DNA of 63,953 bases, filler included, from Bonamia ostreae (Eukaryota): the NCBI GenBank assembly GCA_040357525.1. It is 57 parts of 57 records of this genome, joined end to end, with 100 filler letters (N's around TTAATTAATTAA, not from the genome) between each part and the next. Parts side by side here need not be neighbours in the genome. Positions count along the whole stretch, not along the records: positions 12,419 to 13,446 come from JBDODL010002982.1; positions 13,547 to 14,573 come from JBDODL010002983.1; positions 14,674 to 15,700 come from JBDODL010002984.1; positions 15,801 to 16,827 come from JBDODL010002985.1; positions 16,928 to 17,954 come from JBDODL010002986.1; positions 18,055 to 19,081 come from JBDODL010002987.1; positions 19,182 to 20,208 come from JBDODL010002988.1; positions 20,309 to 21,334 come from JBDODL010002989.1; 49 more parts are not named here. One strand, given 5' to 3'. Shown here piece after piece: positions 12,651 to 24,811 of this stretch. The position numbers and the translations under genes were made by a program. The notes beneath the pieces are model-generated. The model saw nothing but the letters and a program-made list of their open reading frames with translations, was not told the DNA's origin and ran no database searches. The first letter of the stretch is position 1; every line of letters starts with the position of its first letter.

Positions 12651-13239
12651 ATGGACAAAAAAACCTCCAAAGATTACGAGTCGATGGTCGACAATTCGAA
12701 ATATTACGCTTTCAACAGTCGTCACAGCGAAACTGAAGCTCCCAAAAAACTTTCGGACATCACTTTGAAGCCAAAAAAAGATTGCGTCAAAAATGAAGGA
12801 AGTTGTTTGAGCGATTGGAATAAGCAGAAAACATGGTTTGGAACAAAAATTGTAAAGGGAAGAAAGAGACTACTCGAAAGAGTCCATTGAAAAACTGAAA
12901 AAAATTTTGACTGGAAAAGTCCTTTCGTCGGACGATTTTAGTTTCAGACTGACAGAAATCTCCAAACTCGACGGAAAGACGATCGTCCTTTTCGTCCGCG
13001 GCAAAAAGCGTTTTTCCATTGATCTGGCGATCAAGGGCAAATGGGTCGCGGAAGACGACGAAGAAGTGAAGGGCACGTTTGAAATTCCTCTTTTCGAAGA
13101 GTCGGATGATTTTGAACTTCAGGTCAAAACCGACAAAAGGACGAAAAAAGATTTTGACGCACGACGCTCGTTTCTCAAAACGAAGAAGCATTTCGAGCGC
13201 ATTCTTGGGGCGTTTGAATCTGAGTTCAGGGCCAAATAA
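12651..13239 (+). CDS. Aha1 N-terminal-domain protein (Hsp90 co-chaperone); exons 12651-12835 and 12858-13239
   Basis: Removing the 22-nt GTTTGGAACAAAAATTGTAAAG creates SDWNKQKTWEERDYS and joins it to FVRGKKRFSIDL (RGKK motif) and VKGTFEIP. Confidence 0.85.
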
Positions 13240-13599
13240 ATAAGAATCGTTCACAATTATTTTTCAGTTTGTCGTTTTATTAATTGGAAAACAACAAATT
13301 AATGACAAAAAATAATGAGAAATTTGAAAAAAAAATCTGCAAAAAGCTGAAATTAATGGCAAAAATTTGCATAAATATGGAAAAATTTGCGAAAAAAAAA
13401 CATCAAAATAACACCAATAACTTTAAACTAAAACATCTACACTCTTNNNNNNNNNNNNNNNNNNNNNNNNNNNNNNNNNNNNNNNNNNNNTTAATTAATT
13501 AANNNNNNNNNNNNNNNNNNNNNNNNNNNNNNNNNNNNNNNNNNNNTCTATGTAGATTCCGAATAAGTGAACATGACCTAACAATTAAAAAGGGAAGAT

Positions 13600-13950
13600 A
13601 TGGATAATGGTAAGAAAATAAATTCCCCCAGAAAGAAACAAAAAAATATGTGAATTAATTTTGCCCTACTCCACGTGAAGTCAACAAATAATGGAGAATA
13701 CTAAAGCATTTTTTACGCCTAGTATGGCTTTATAAGAAACATTTTCCCCACAAAACATCCAAAGATGACAGTGTCTCCCAACTCTAAGATGCGAAAGACG
13801 TTTTAGAGAAGCACCCTCTCTACGGACCTAAAAGCACTTAGAAACCTTTTCAAGCTGACTGTTGAGTGAAATTGAAAGGTGTTGACCGTTTCTCTAACAC
13901 GAAAAGCTCGGTGTAGAATCCCAGTTTTCTCTTACGGAGGGATGGACAAA
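13600..13950 (+). mobile_element. Highly decayed Ty3/gypsy-like RT-connection/RNase H remnant
   Basis: Frame-broken peptides KIPPERNKKICELILP, LKHFLRLVWLYKKHFP, KDVLEKHPL...KPF(K)LTV occur in the expected order of PDPEKV..P / LRSFLGLVGYYRRFIP / L..APVL..PF.L.TDAS. There are many stops. Confidence 0.35.
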
Positions 13951-14673
13951 AGAATTTTGGAATAAAACAGGAAGCTTGTAAAGTAACTTAATTGATAAGT
14001 TAGTATTGCTATATATATATTCATAATTGGGTTCAAAAATTACGAAAAACAATTCTGGCAATTTGCAGTTTGTTTTTGCTGAATTTCACATATGAAAGGA
14101 TAATAAAGAACACTAATGTGTGAATTTGTCATTTATTAAAATCAGCAAATAATTAGAAACGAAAATTGAAAATTCCATGATCTTACATGACATTTATCAA
14201 TTGGCTGGGCTTAGATAAGAAAATTTACTAATGACTACGAATTGACTAATTAGAGTTTAAAACAGACAAGACAAAGTAACCCAACCAATAAAACATGTAT
14301 AAATTCTAGAAACACTAAAGATAGAAAACGCTTGCTGATTCTCTTAAAAAAAGACAACATGTGAAATTATATTCTACGACACTAGACGGTAATCGTTTTC
14401 AATATCTTTTAAAACTTAGTATACATTTTTATCCTATTGTCATTAATTATGTACATACATTATGAAAATTTAAACTTTCAGCTTATTTCTAAAACGATGT
14501 TTTATATCTATAAAATAACTTAACCTGTAAATGATAATTATATAAAAAAAAAACATCGTATGTTTCAAGATTTNNNNNNNNNNNNNNNNNNNNNNNNNNN
14601 NNNNNNNNNNNNNNNNNTTAATTAATTAANNNNNNNNNNNNNNNNNNNNNNNNNNNNNNNNNNNNNNNNNNNN

Positions 14674-15000
14674 GCCCCATCCTGAGTTCAAATCCTAAAC
14701 CCAGGGGTCATAAATTTTACAATCTTGGTAGAGGGCTAACAGGGTAAACAGTTTGACTGCTTTATGTCTATAGGAGTAAAAAAGATTTCTGGCGATTTGC
14801 ATTAATTTTGATGGTTTTGGCTTAGGCTTCAGAGAGACAGAGTCCATGAAATTCCTAACTTTTGTTCCCCTTTACTCATGGATGCTACATACCAAAATTG
14901 GTTTAAATAGTCGTTCTTGTGAAAAATGTTCAAAAGTTCACGACCGAAACGAGACGCACGACGTCAGACGAAAACAGATCTAATAGCAGGCCTAAAAACA
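14674..15000. repeat. Bivalve-type interspersed repeat fragment
   Basis: CCCAGGGGTCATAAATTTTACAATCTTGGTAGAGG is the reverse complement of the core seen at about 8055-8090. It is followed by ATGCTACATACCAAAATTGG and GACG-rich short repeats. Confidence 0.55.
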
Positions 15001-15132
15001 GATCACAATATGTCGTATATTCAAGTGATTTAAACTTCCTGGTGTATATATGTATATTATAAGTGTACTATTTAATTTCATTAACAGATATTTCTTTTGA
15101 TAACCGAAGTAGAATGTGCAAATTCTGGCATT

Positions 15133-15699
15133 TTATTTTACTAAGGTATGCTTACCTGCTAATTTATCCACCTTTTTACTCACTCCCTTCACGTCCTCTA
15201 TTTTTGATTCATGTATCTGCTGCAACTCTTCTTCGTAATCTCCTCCCTGGGAATAATGTTTCAATCTCTGGCATATTTTCCTTGCAATTCTATAATATTT
15301 TTTGTATATTTGGTCCTCCAGCTCTTTTATCTTTTTGTGAGAAAACACGTTTTTTGATAATCTAATTCTCTCAATGTCATCTCCAACTTCCACATACGTG
15401 TCTGGTGGTAACTCTTCCAAACCCCATCCCGAGGTTGGATCTAATTTTTTTGTACAAGTGTTTCTGATTAAAGAGTACAAAAGTGTACTGTCGCAGTCGC
15501 ACTCTTCGTAATTTCTAGCAGATTTAAAACTGTTAATAGTTTTCTTATTTTCAGGCTTATAGAGTTTTTTCTTTAAATCATTGCTAGCCAGAATGGTACT
15601 CATTAGCTTACTTGGAATCGGATGTTCTGAATATAATATGTCCTCTAGAATACGTGTGTATAAGGTAATAATACCAGAGAAACGATCAAAGTTTGCTTT
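15133..15699 (-). CDS. DZIP3-like HEPN domain protein exon (host)
   Basis: The frame is open to the contig edge: NFDRF...ILEDIL...CDSTLLYSLIRN...PTSGWG...GDDIERIRLSKNVFSH. This matches the D(I/L)TLLY.L.RN..P..GWG..DIERIR..RN...H pattern of the DZIP3-type HEPN family. Confidence 0.8.
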   Translation of the reverse strand, partial: KANFDRFSGIITLYTRILEDILYSEHPIPSKLMSTILASNDLKKKLYKPENKKTINSFKSARNYEECDCDSTLLYSLIRNTCTKKLDPTSGWGLEELPPDTYVEVGDDIERIRLSKNVFSHKKIKELEDQIYKKYYRIARKICQRLKHYSQGGDYEEELQQIHESKIEDVKGVSKKVDKLAGKHTLVK

Positions 15700-15800
15700 T
15701 NNNNNNNNNNNNNNNNNNNNNNNNNNNNNNNNNNNNNNNNNNNNTTAATTAATTAANNNNNNNNNNNNNNNNNNNNNNNNNNNNNNNNNNNNNNNNNNNN

Positions 15801-16535
15801 CAATTATTGCGAATGCTACTGTGTTCAATTATGGCTGACGCTTATATTTTCTCATCATTTTACGTCAGGTAAATTATGGCGGACGCTTTGATTACATCAG
15901 CATTTGATGGCTGATGCTACTGGGTTGTAACATTTTTACGTTATGTGAATCACAGCGGACGGTAGTTTGCTTAATACTTTTACATCATGCGATTTATGGC
16001 GCTTGTTACTTTCTCAACATTTTATGTTATACCTCAATTATAGCGGACGCTACTGTTTTTTAAACGTATTTACGTCATGTCAATCATGGCGGATGCTGCG
16101 ATTTTTTCAACATATTTTTGCCATGTCAATTATGGCAGATACTGCTATGTTGTCAGAATTGTATGTCATGTGAAGTATGGCGGATGCTACTATTTTCTCA
16201 GCATGTTTACGTTATGTCAAGTATGGCGGGCGCTACTTTGTTTCAACATTGTATACCATGTCAATTATGGCAGATACTTTTTTCTCAGCATTTCTACGTC
16301 ATGCCAATTAAAGTGAATACTAATATTTTCACAGCATTTTACTTCATGTCAAGTATGTTAGATGCTATTTTTGTCGAGTAGTTTTTCACCATGTCATGTT
16401 TGTTATTGTGCCTGCTAAAATGTTTCAGTATTTTGAGGTCATCCCAAGTATGACAGATGTTACTGTGGTTCAGTAATTTTACGTGATGTCAATTATGGTG
16501 GATGCTATCTTTCTCAGCATTATAATGTCATTCAA
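15801..16535. repeat. Degenerate minisatellite, unit about 43-46 bp (like TGTCAATTATGGCGGATGCTACTNTTTCTCAGCATTTTTACGTCA), roughly 15 copies
   Basis: TGTCAA(T/G)TATGGC(G/A)GA recurs head to tail, for example near 16078, 16124, 16215 and 16259. Confidence 0.85.
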
Positions 16536-17439
16536 GTGATGACCTCATCCAAAAGGCATGGACCTCTTTAATGACTTTTCAATATTTCTTTCTTAAATTT
16601 CCCTCATGGTTGAAGCATGCAGAAGCCGAATCAATAGTTTCCTGGCTGAATCATCAGCCTACACCTCTTCCGCCTCACATTGTATACATTTAAACATAGG
16701 GAGCTTACAGCAGTTATTCTGCCTTCAACTCTACACGCTTAACGTTTGGAGCTTTGCAATGTCTCCGAATTTCCATTGTCATATTTTCAATTCTATCAGC
16801 CACCTGTATGTCAAAATCTTAGTGATCNNNNNNNNNNNNNNNNNNNNNNNNNNNNNNNNNNNNNNNNNNNNTTAATTAATTAANNNNNNNNNNNNNNNNN
16901 NNNNNNNNNNNNNNNNNNNNNNNNNNNCATCTCAGTATTTTTATTACATATATAAATTTTGACAATAACATCTAGAACTGACACTTATCATTTATTCTAG
17001 GACTATTGTCTTCAGCGTCTACTAGGCTCAAACTAAAATTCAATGCGTTGATCGGATACGTTTCTAAGAATAATCTAGTCTATTCAGTAGCTGTATGTAT
17101 TTATGGTTTTTCTGCTATAAAGTTTTATTACTTCTGCTGTTTTTTCAGAGACAAGCAATTTGTGAATAGTTCTTCTACTATAAATTTTTTAATTACAAAC
17201 GGGTTGATTCCGTATTTGCTGATTGTAAGCTTTGTAAATGTGGCGTGGAAAATGTAATTTAAAAACACGAAAAAATATAAAAGTCACAAATATACACGTT
17301 CACCCTTATGTAAAAGTAGCAATTCGATAATAAAATTTGCACATAAAATATTCGATAATAATGGGTGATTAAACTCACATTATAAGAATTGGAGCAAAGG
17401 AACTCAAAAATATACATGTGTTTAAGAAATAATTTTAAA

Positions 17440-17954
17440 ATTGTTGAATCAAAAAAAGGCCTTATCTAACACAAATACGTAGTTAAAGATAATAGATCAC
17501 CAGATTCAATATTTTGCAATCAGAATAGTAAAATACAAAATATGATAATTTCCAACTCAAAACGGAACTGGCAATATCTAAATTCTATGGATTCACAGGA
17601 AAATCGATTCTTTTAACAAAACGAGATCTTTAAAATTTTAACTCCCCTGTTCTTGTTACAGCTTTTAATTTATAGAGTTTATTTGCTTATTATCAAATAT
17701 TAGTCCCAGATATTTTGCCGTTTCACTATAGTGTAGTTTCTCATTACCTATTTTAATCGATGGTTTTTTCTTTCGTCTGAGACACATTTTCCCGTTGAGA
17801 ATATTAAGTTTTCTCTTTCATGTAATTCTTTATTTTTGATATTCCATATCTTCCAGACTCCCAAATCACCAAATCATCAACAAATTGTGAGATATTTTCT
17901 TTTGCAAAATTTTGTTGGAAAGAAGCAGATATATTATACCTAATCAAGTGGAAC
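17440..17954 (-). mobile_element. Decayed non-LTR retrotransposon (LINE) reverse transcriptase fragment
   Basis: Minus-strand peptides are ISQFVDDLVIW (YADD-like motif, about 17860-17895), IKIGNEKLHYSETAKYLGLIFDNK (about 17690-17765) and GDLLSLTTYLC*IRPFFD. It has internal deletions and stops. Confidence 0.7.
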
Positions 17955-19252
17955 NNNNNNNNNNNNNNNNNNNNNNNNNNNNNNNNNNNNNNNNNNNNTT
18001 AATTAATTAANNNNNNNNNNNNNNNNNNNNNNNNNNNNNNNNNNNNNNNNNNNNTTTCGTTTGACATGCGTAGAGCACACAACATACATGTAGGTACTTG
18101 ATGTTAAAAATACTAATAACCATCGTTTTTGTGGTGCTAGATCTGTAGTATTTCATTTTAATTCTTGATAAAAAACTGTGTTATAAATCCATCATAAAAG
18201 TGTTATTTAATCAGAAGTGTCATATTAGTATCACCCTCCATTCTTGTAATAATGTTTTATTAATCATACAAACTGTAATCATTATTTTACCCCCAAAATA
18301 AACACATATAGCATTGTCTAAATGTAATCATAAAACGACAAAGTAATTGGAAAAAACATGGTCAACCGCAAGTGTGACATACATGTAATTATATTTCAAT
18401 AACTGCAATGGAGGAATACTCAGTTGTTAAGAGTTTTTGTTCAAGAAAATTGTTTTATCAACTGTATTTGAAGACAGGTGGTTCCTCAATTTAGAAATAA
18501 ATACCTGAATAAGAAAAATAGTATTTCTGGTAGCGCCGATGTTGTATGGGTTCCGAGGAATGTTCACGCTAGTTTACAAACAGTCCGAAATTTATGTACA
18601 TGATCACGCCACCACCAGAGAGGGTTTTCATTTGAATCACCTACCATTTACTCGGTGAAATTTTCAATTTCGCTCTTACGGTCGATGTTGTGTTTTTGTT
18701 TTTCATCAGACTGGTAAATAGTGAGTGAGGAATGCAATATACCACATACGGTTCATTCAACTATCGGATTTGTTTTTCGAACATCGGTTCGTTTGACAAA
18801 TACTTGAATAGTCGACTGTAGTTTGGTATCTTTAAAGATATTAGATTGTCATTTTCCCATGCATCTTCCAATATCAAGTGTTCACTCAAAAGATAAAGTA
18901 ACTTCAGTTATTGACGATAACGTGTCATGTTTTGAATTCCCTTGGCATAATCGCTATATTCATATTTTATTTTAGATGTGGAAGAACATATGAGAGGTAT
19001 TATTGTTCTGCTATTCTTTTCGTTGCATAAAAATAGTTAACTTCATTTCTACAAAGTATTTGCAACATTGTTTATATTGTANNNNNNNNNNNNNNNNNNN
19101 NNNNNNNNNNNNNNNNNNNNNNNNNTTAATTAATTAANNNNNNNNNNNNNNNNNNNNNNNNNNNNNNNNNNNNNNNNNNNNCTGTATCACTATATTTGCA
19201 CAACGCTAAAACATTTCCATGTGTCATAAATGGTGATAATCTTTTATCTAAA

Positions 19253-19356
19253 TACATATATGCTATAAGTAAAACATGGTTAGATCGCTATGAGATAATT
19301 AAATACATGTATGTATGCTATAAGTAAAACATTGTTAGATCGCTATGAGATAATTA
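19253..19356. repeat. Two-copy direct repeat of about 45-50 bp
   Basis: TATGCTATAAGTAAAACAT(G/T)GTTAGATCGCTATGAGATAATTA occurs twice. Confidence 0.85.
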
Positions 19357-19489
19357 TCTTGTTCTTTTCAAAATTATCGATAAAATTTTCATTCTGAAAT
19401 TATCAACCCTCTTATGTCTACCACAGCGTTTTTATGTATTATTCTAATCCAGTTTTGTAAGCCAGTAATAACAAACGTGACATGCATAT

Positions 19490-19770
19490 CGTTCTCTACT
19501 ACGTGTCTCGGTAGGTCGTTGGTTCGAGCCTCACTTTTACCTTAACCACTCCAAAAAGATACTCGGCATTTATAGAAGTGAGATTCGCGGTTCTTTTGGA
19601 TGAAAAATCTGAGATCTTGTTTTGTGGCGGGTATTGTCACTATAAAAACCCTAAATGATACCACCCTGATCATCATGCATAGGTAGAAATTTGTAAGAAT
19701 TTGCCTACGGCTGGTGTCGTCTCGATATGTGGGGAAAAGTTTTAACGGGACGTAAAACAATCAATTATTT
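19490..19770 (+). mobile_element. tRNA-derived SINE-like element (host)
   Basis: B-box-like GGTTCGAGCC at 19521 and a 3' end CGGGACGTAAAACAATCAAT typical of mollusc SINE tails. Confidence 0.4.
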
Positions 19771-21434
19771 TATTTGTTAAAAGGTAAAAATATGCATAAT
19801 TTCAAAGTTTTTCAATAATCGTTTTAGTTGAAGTGCTGTTTTAAAAAAGCTAATTTCGATGGAAAAAATACCAAATTTGTTTTACTAGTATATTTCCAAA
19901 GCCTGTTTAATTATTTTTACTAAGTGCTTCTGGCTTCCACACTGCAGTACTGTAGACTGCACGAACACGGATATATAGTAGTGCAAGCTGACACATTTTT
20001 ATTCAGACTCGAAAACCTTCATCAGATATTATTTTCTGACAAGGAAATGTAATGCGGATTATCTCTTCTTATAGACATTTTTCAGTGTTAAAAATTAAAC
20101 ATGTGTATTGACTTGATAAAAACTATTACTGTGTATCAGACCAAATGAAATGTAGCATTTTCATTCAAATTTTTATTCTTTGTACAGATAATACTGTGGA
20201 GAACTATANNNNNNNNNNNNNNNNNNNNNNNNNNNNNNNNNNNNNNNNNNNNTTAATTAATTAANNNNNNNNNNNNNNNNNNNNNNNNNNNNNNNNNNNN
20301 NNNNNNNNGTTAATACATCCAGGAAAATAAATCTTTATCAAGCACCCACTTTTGACATTATTAGCGAAGTTGTAATATTACATATATCAATATTGTAAAA
20401 CACCAACATATATGTTATGGAATACTTGATTTATTTCCATTTCTTGCTATGATCCGACGATTACAATATCTAAAATTTAAATAACTTTCGTAATTACGCA
20501 TGTCCCACTTCAGATTTTGACGCTTTTGACGCTTGTTTGTGTATTCCTGTGGCTTTTGAAATGTGGGTATTGTTGAAAATTCGCCCTGGTTAATATATTA
20601 TCTACAGGAAATAAAAGTAGGCAGAGCTGAAACACTTGTCTATGGTATTTAAAGATTCGAATTACTTAATCTCGAATACGTATGCGCAACTACATGCAAC
20701 TTTTCTATTAAACATTATCTGACCATTTCACTTGATTTTAGTTGCATAAACTTCACGAGAAAAGATGATCACAAGATATGATATTTCCGTATTTTATTTC
20801 TAAGAGGGTATTTCAATATCAACAATTGACCACAAACATATACATTTTCCCTTAAGTTTCACAAAAATATAACCAAACATTATACTGTTTGACACCTGCT
20901 CTAACCAAAATAGTTTATAGATTTTGAATTTAAGCTGCAATATGCTAGATTTTTCCTTCTTCAAATCATCTGTCTTTTTTAACGTTTATATCCTGCTTTT
21001 CTTATTCCCCCAATGCTGTTTTTTATTTTAACTTTCAATATCAAATGTCAGATTTGAAAGCCATTGTTATTGTTATTTTAATACATGGTCACCAGCGTTC
21101 TTACAAAGCAACTGCTCTGTGTTAAAAGTTAATAGGGGTACAAAGAACTCTAAACAAAGGGACTGACAAATGAGTCTACATGAAGAATACATTTAAAAAA
21201 GTTAACCTTTAAGCTGAAACCTAACTTAAACAGTTCAAAATTTCGTAGCAACTACCAGAAGGTAATTTAAAGTGTAAATTCAAACTCCCAATAGCCTTAC
21301 ATACTTAAGACAAATAAAAAGCTTTGTTATATTTNNNNNNNNNNNNNNNNNNNNNNNNNNNNNNNNNNNNNNNNNNNNTTAATTAATTAANNNNNNNNNN
21401 NNNNNNNNNNNNNNNNNNNNNNNNNNNNNNNNNN

Positions 21435-22460
21435 TTTGCTAAAATTTTAAATATTTAAAAACGGCCATAATATTTAGTCCCACCACAAATCTCACACTTG
21501 TGGCCAATATTCAAACCATGAAATTTGAACAACCAATACGGAATCGGTCGTCCGTCCCATCCCAAAGGAATCTTTTTCGGGTTGTAAACTCCTTTTTTTG
21601 CGTTAAAATTTAGAACCTCCGCTATAAAGGTCCTCTTCGTCTTGTTTTTCAACATCTTCCTCTTCCTCCTTTTCTCTTTCTTCCAGCTCTTTGCGGACCT
21701 CCTCATAACTTCTCGTCAGCTTCTTTTCTATGTAGGAGCAGGTGCCTTCGAACACTTCCGATAATAATGTTTTGAGCACGCGCACCGCAAACTCCACGTA
21801 AGCAGTCTCCTTCTCTTTGCCTTCGAGTACATTTTTATTTGAGTTTGTTTTGGTTGGATCGCCGTCTGCTTCGCTATTTGAGTTTTTCTTGTTTGTGTCC
21901 TTTTCTCGCAGTTTCCTTTGAACGTTCTTTTTATGTTTTCTACCAGAAATGTGACTTCTCCAGACAGTCTTTTTGAAGCGCTTTTTGCAACTTTCACAGA
22001 AAACGGAGAGACGTTCTTTATCGTTTTTCACAATCCCATTGACTTTCGCCTTCTCATCTCCATCGGGTTTTAGTTTGTCTTCTCTATCTATTTTCCATTT
22101 TTCGTCAGCTCTCATGTCAAGAGGCAATGAGCATTTTGCTGGAAGCTGATGGAACACTTCAAGCGGCCACGGCTTTTGCCATCCGGGAACGTCGCCTTTT
22201 CGCCACCTGTCTTCGAATTCTGTTCGAATGTCTTTCAATATGGCTGAAGTCGGATGGAGCGGGTATCGGCGCGAGTAAAAGTCGGAGAGATAAAGAAGGA
22301 GAGAATTGGAATACCTCCGATAACTAGGAGACCGTTTAGCTAGAGATGGAATATGATGGAAATGGTCGAAAACTTCGAGAAACAATTTGTAGTCGATTTT
22401 TTTGACGCCGCTGAGATACATGTTCGGCATTCCGCGCAGGTTCAAAAAGGTTTGATATTG
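21435..22460 (-). CDS. SF3A3: Splicing factor 3A subunit 3 (Prp9), internal fragment; introns 21592-21616 (25 nt) and 21439-21462 (24 nt)
   Basis: [36 protein letters not shown] is diagnostic. Upstream motifs are [12 protein letters not shown] and WRKGDVPGW. The second intron restores YYG|PK (canonical YRGPKAF). Confidence 0.95.
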
Positions 22461-22639
22461 NNNNNNNNNNNNNNNNNNNNNNNNNNNNNNNNNNNNNNNN
22501 NNNNTTAATTAATTAANNNNNNNNNNNNNNNNNNNNNNNNNNNNNNNNNNNNNNNNNNNNTTTTTTAGTTTATCGACCAAAGTCAAATATTTTTTCGTTT
22601 ATCGACCAAAGTCAAATTTTTATGTCAAGCTAATATTTA

Positions 22640-23353
22640 CCTTCGAGTAATTTGGGGAAGAGACTCTACCCGGCCCCGCTTCCTGTAAAATGCTGTGCTG
22701 GAAAGGCGAAAACGGGAGTTTGTGGCCTAAAGAATGGTTCTGGATTTCGCGCATTCTCGGCGATGCTGGCCCGTGCGCGGAATTAAGCTCCCTGTAATAT
22801 GCCGGAGAGCTGAGCGATTTGTCTACTTCGTGCTTTCGAAAACTGCTCTCGTACATCGCGTCGATGTGGCTCATTGACGGATTGGACTTCTTCCTGTGTT
22901 TGTAGTTCAACATGTTCGAATTTTTTTTGCTGATTTCCTTAAAAGAACGATTCGAAATGGACGGTTGTTTTACCATTATTCCGATATCAGTGTTGGCGGA
23001 ATCGGTTCCTTGTGAGTTCGACCCTCTGCACTCTGTTTCTTCTCTGGGCATTGGATTATCTTTTATCTATATATTTCAATCGATTTTGCACCTGAATTTT
23101 AGTTTTACAAAATATTCTACAACTCTTTAACTTACAATTATATCCCAGTTACTCGAAACGAGTATAATGGAATTGACCAAACCTCTTCTTTAGTCGGTTT
23201 CTCCCACTGCGTAATTTTCTTCTTATTGTCGAAAAAGTAGCTTGTTGGACATTCCGCGTCGTAAATTTGGAACCAATTCGAGTTTTCGAGCTGTCTGGAG
23301 ATTTTAAGGTTTTCAGACTCGAACTGATAAAAATGAGGGTTAAGTTTGATCAT
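22640..23353 (-). CDS. WW-domain protein, N-terminal part (resembles the ARHGAP39 N-terminus)
   Basis: NWFQIYDAECPTSYFFDNKKKITQWEKP...IPL is a WW domain. It joins the Ser/Pro-rich ORF 22620-23051 in frame either through introns 23131-23152 (22 nt) plus 23067-23091 (25 nt), or through one 86-nt intron. Confidence 0.65.
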
Positions 23354-24811
23354 TAAACAGGGAGTGATTGTGTTATAATATTAAGCAGCTAAATTAATAA
23401 AAGTGTTTCAAATTTGAGTTTTAAATGGCTTATTTTTTTGCGCTAAAAAAAGTTTTTTTATTGGATTTATTTTCATAATTATAAATAGTTTCTATATGTT
23501 TTTGTGTATTTTACTTGGTTTGTTTTATTTTAATGCGTTCTAAAGTAATAGTTGTTTTTGAAAAATTATTGTTTTTGTTTTTGCAANNNNNNNNNNNNNN
23601 NNNNNNNNNNNNNNNNNNNNNNNNNNNNNNTTAATTAATTAANNNNNNNNNNNNNNNNNNNNNNNNNNNNNNNNNNNNNNNNNNNNCTATTCAATTCGAA
23701 TTAATTTAATGCGCAATAGTTTACTTGGAAGTATTTACACGGATGCGTTGAGATTGGTGATAAGCATATATTTTACTTTTGATTTAGCCTGTTTCACGAA
23801 AGTTCAATAAACTTTTTATATAGAATTTGATAATGATAAAGCGCACCCCTTTATCTTTAGACACGATGACCTTGCAATTGGAAGAATGCCTACAGCATAA
23901 TGGATTCCTTAAGACTCATTAATATTTATCTTTGCCTACATATGTTACTTTATACGTGATAGCCAGCGCTGAACTTTGACTGTACTTTGGTTTCTCCCTT
24001 TTGGTTTTGTTATTAAGACAATTTCGATGTAAATCACAACTAGTTCTAAAATCACACTTTAGGATGGTTTCCGAATACGACATTACTTACACGTTCATCC
24101 TGTTGTATATATTTATCTATTTTACAATCCTCGTACTATTTCTTTCTCTCTTTGTTTGCTTTTCATGTTATCCAATAAGTTAACACACCCAACTTACATA
24201 TAAAGTAAAACTCTTGACGTCTGGATTTTGATATTTATATCTAAAATATTATAATCCTTTGTAGGGATTTCACATAATTTAATCAGACATTAATTCAGAA
24301 GAAATTTATTTTGTAATGCCCTTCTGTGCATATCACAGTACATTTAAAAACAATGTTTTTGATGTTAGTGCAACGAAAGACAAGGTCATTATATGGGTTC
24401 GTTAGATCGAAATCGAAGTTCGTGGAAGGGAAGGGGAATGAGTTTAGTCAGGTGTTTATAATGTTTCTTTCCCCATTGTTAGGCGCTAGAAATCTGGGTC
24501 AGACAGAATAACAGCACCCGTCATCTGAACGTTACACTGAATTCCTCGGTATCATGTTTCACCTTTCAATGTCGTTTATTTGATGGCGTGATTTATTTTA
24601 TACTGCGGTGTATTTACATAGTACTAAATCATCCTTGAATATTTTAATGCGATTATCTATTTTGATTTTTCATTATTCATTTGATATTTCTGTTAAAACA
24701 AAGAAGTATAGNNNNNNNNNNNNNNNNNNNNNNNNNNNNNNNNNNNNNNNNNNNNTTAATTAATTAANNNNNNNNNNNNNNNNNNNNNNNNNNNNNNNNN
24801 NNNNNNNNNNN

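Noticed and set aside
15801-16535. About 45-bp periodic region and its Cys/Met-rich ORFs (15967-16381) as CRISPR or a repeat protein
   Set aside because: The whole unit is degenerate with no unique spacers, and the unit length varies out of frame. The ORFs are by-products of the repeat.
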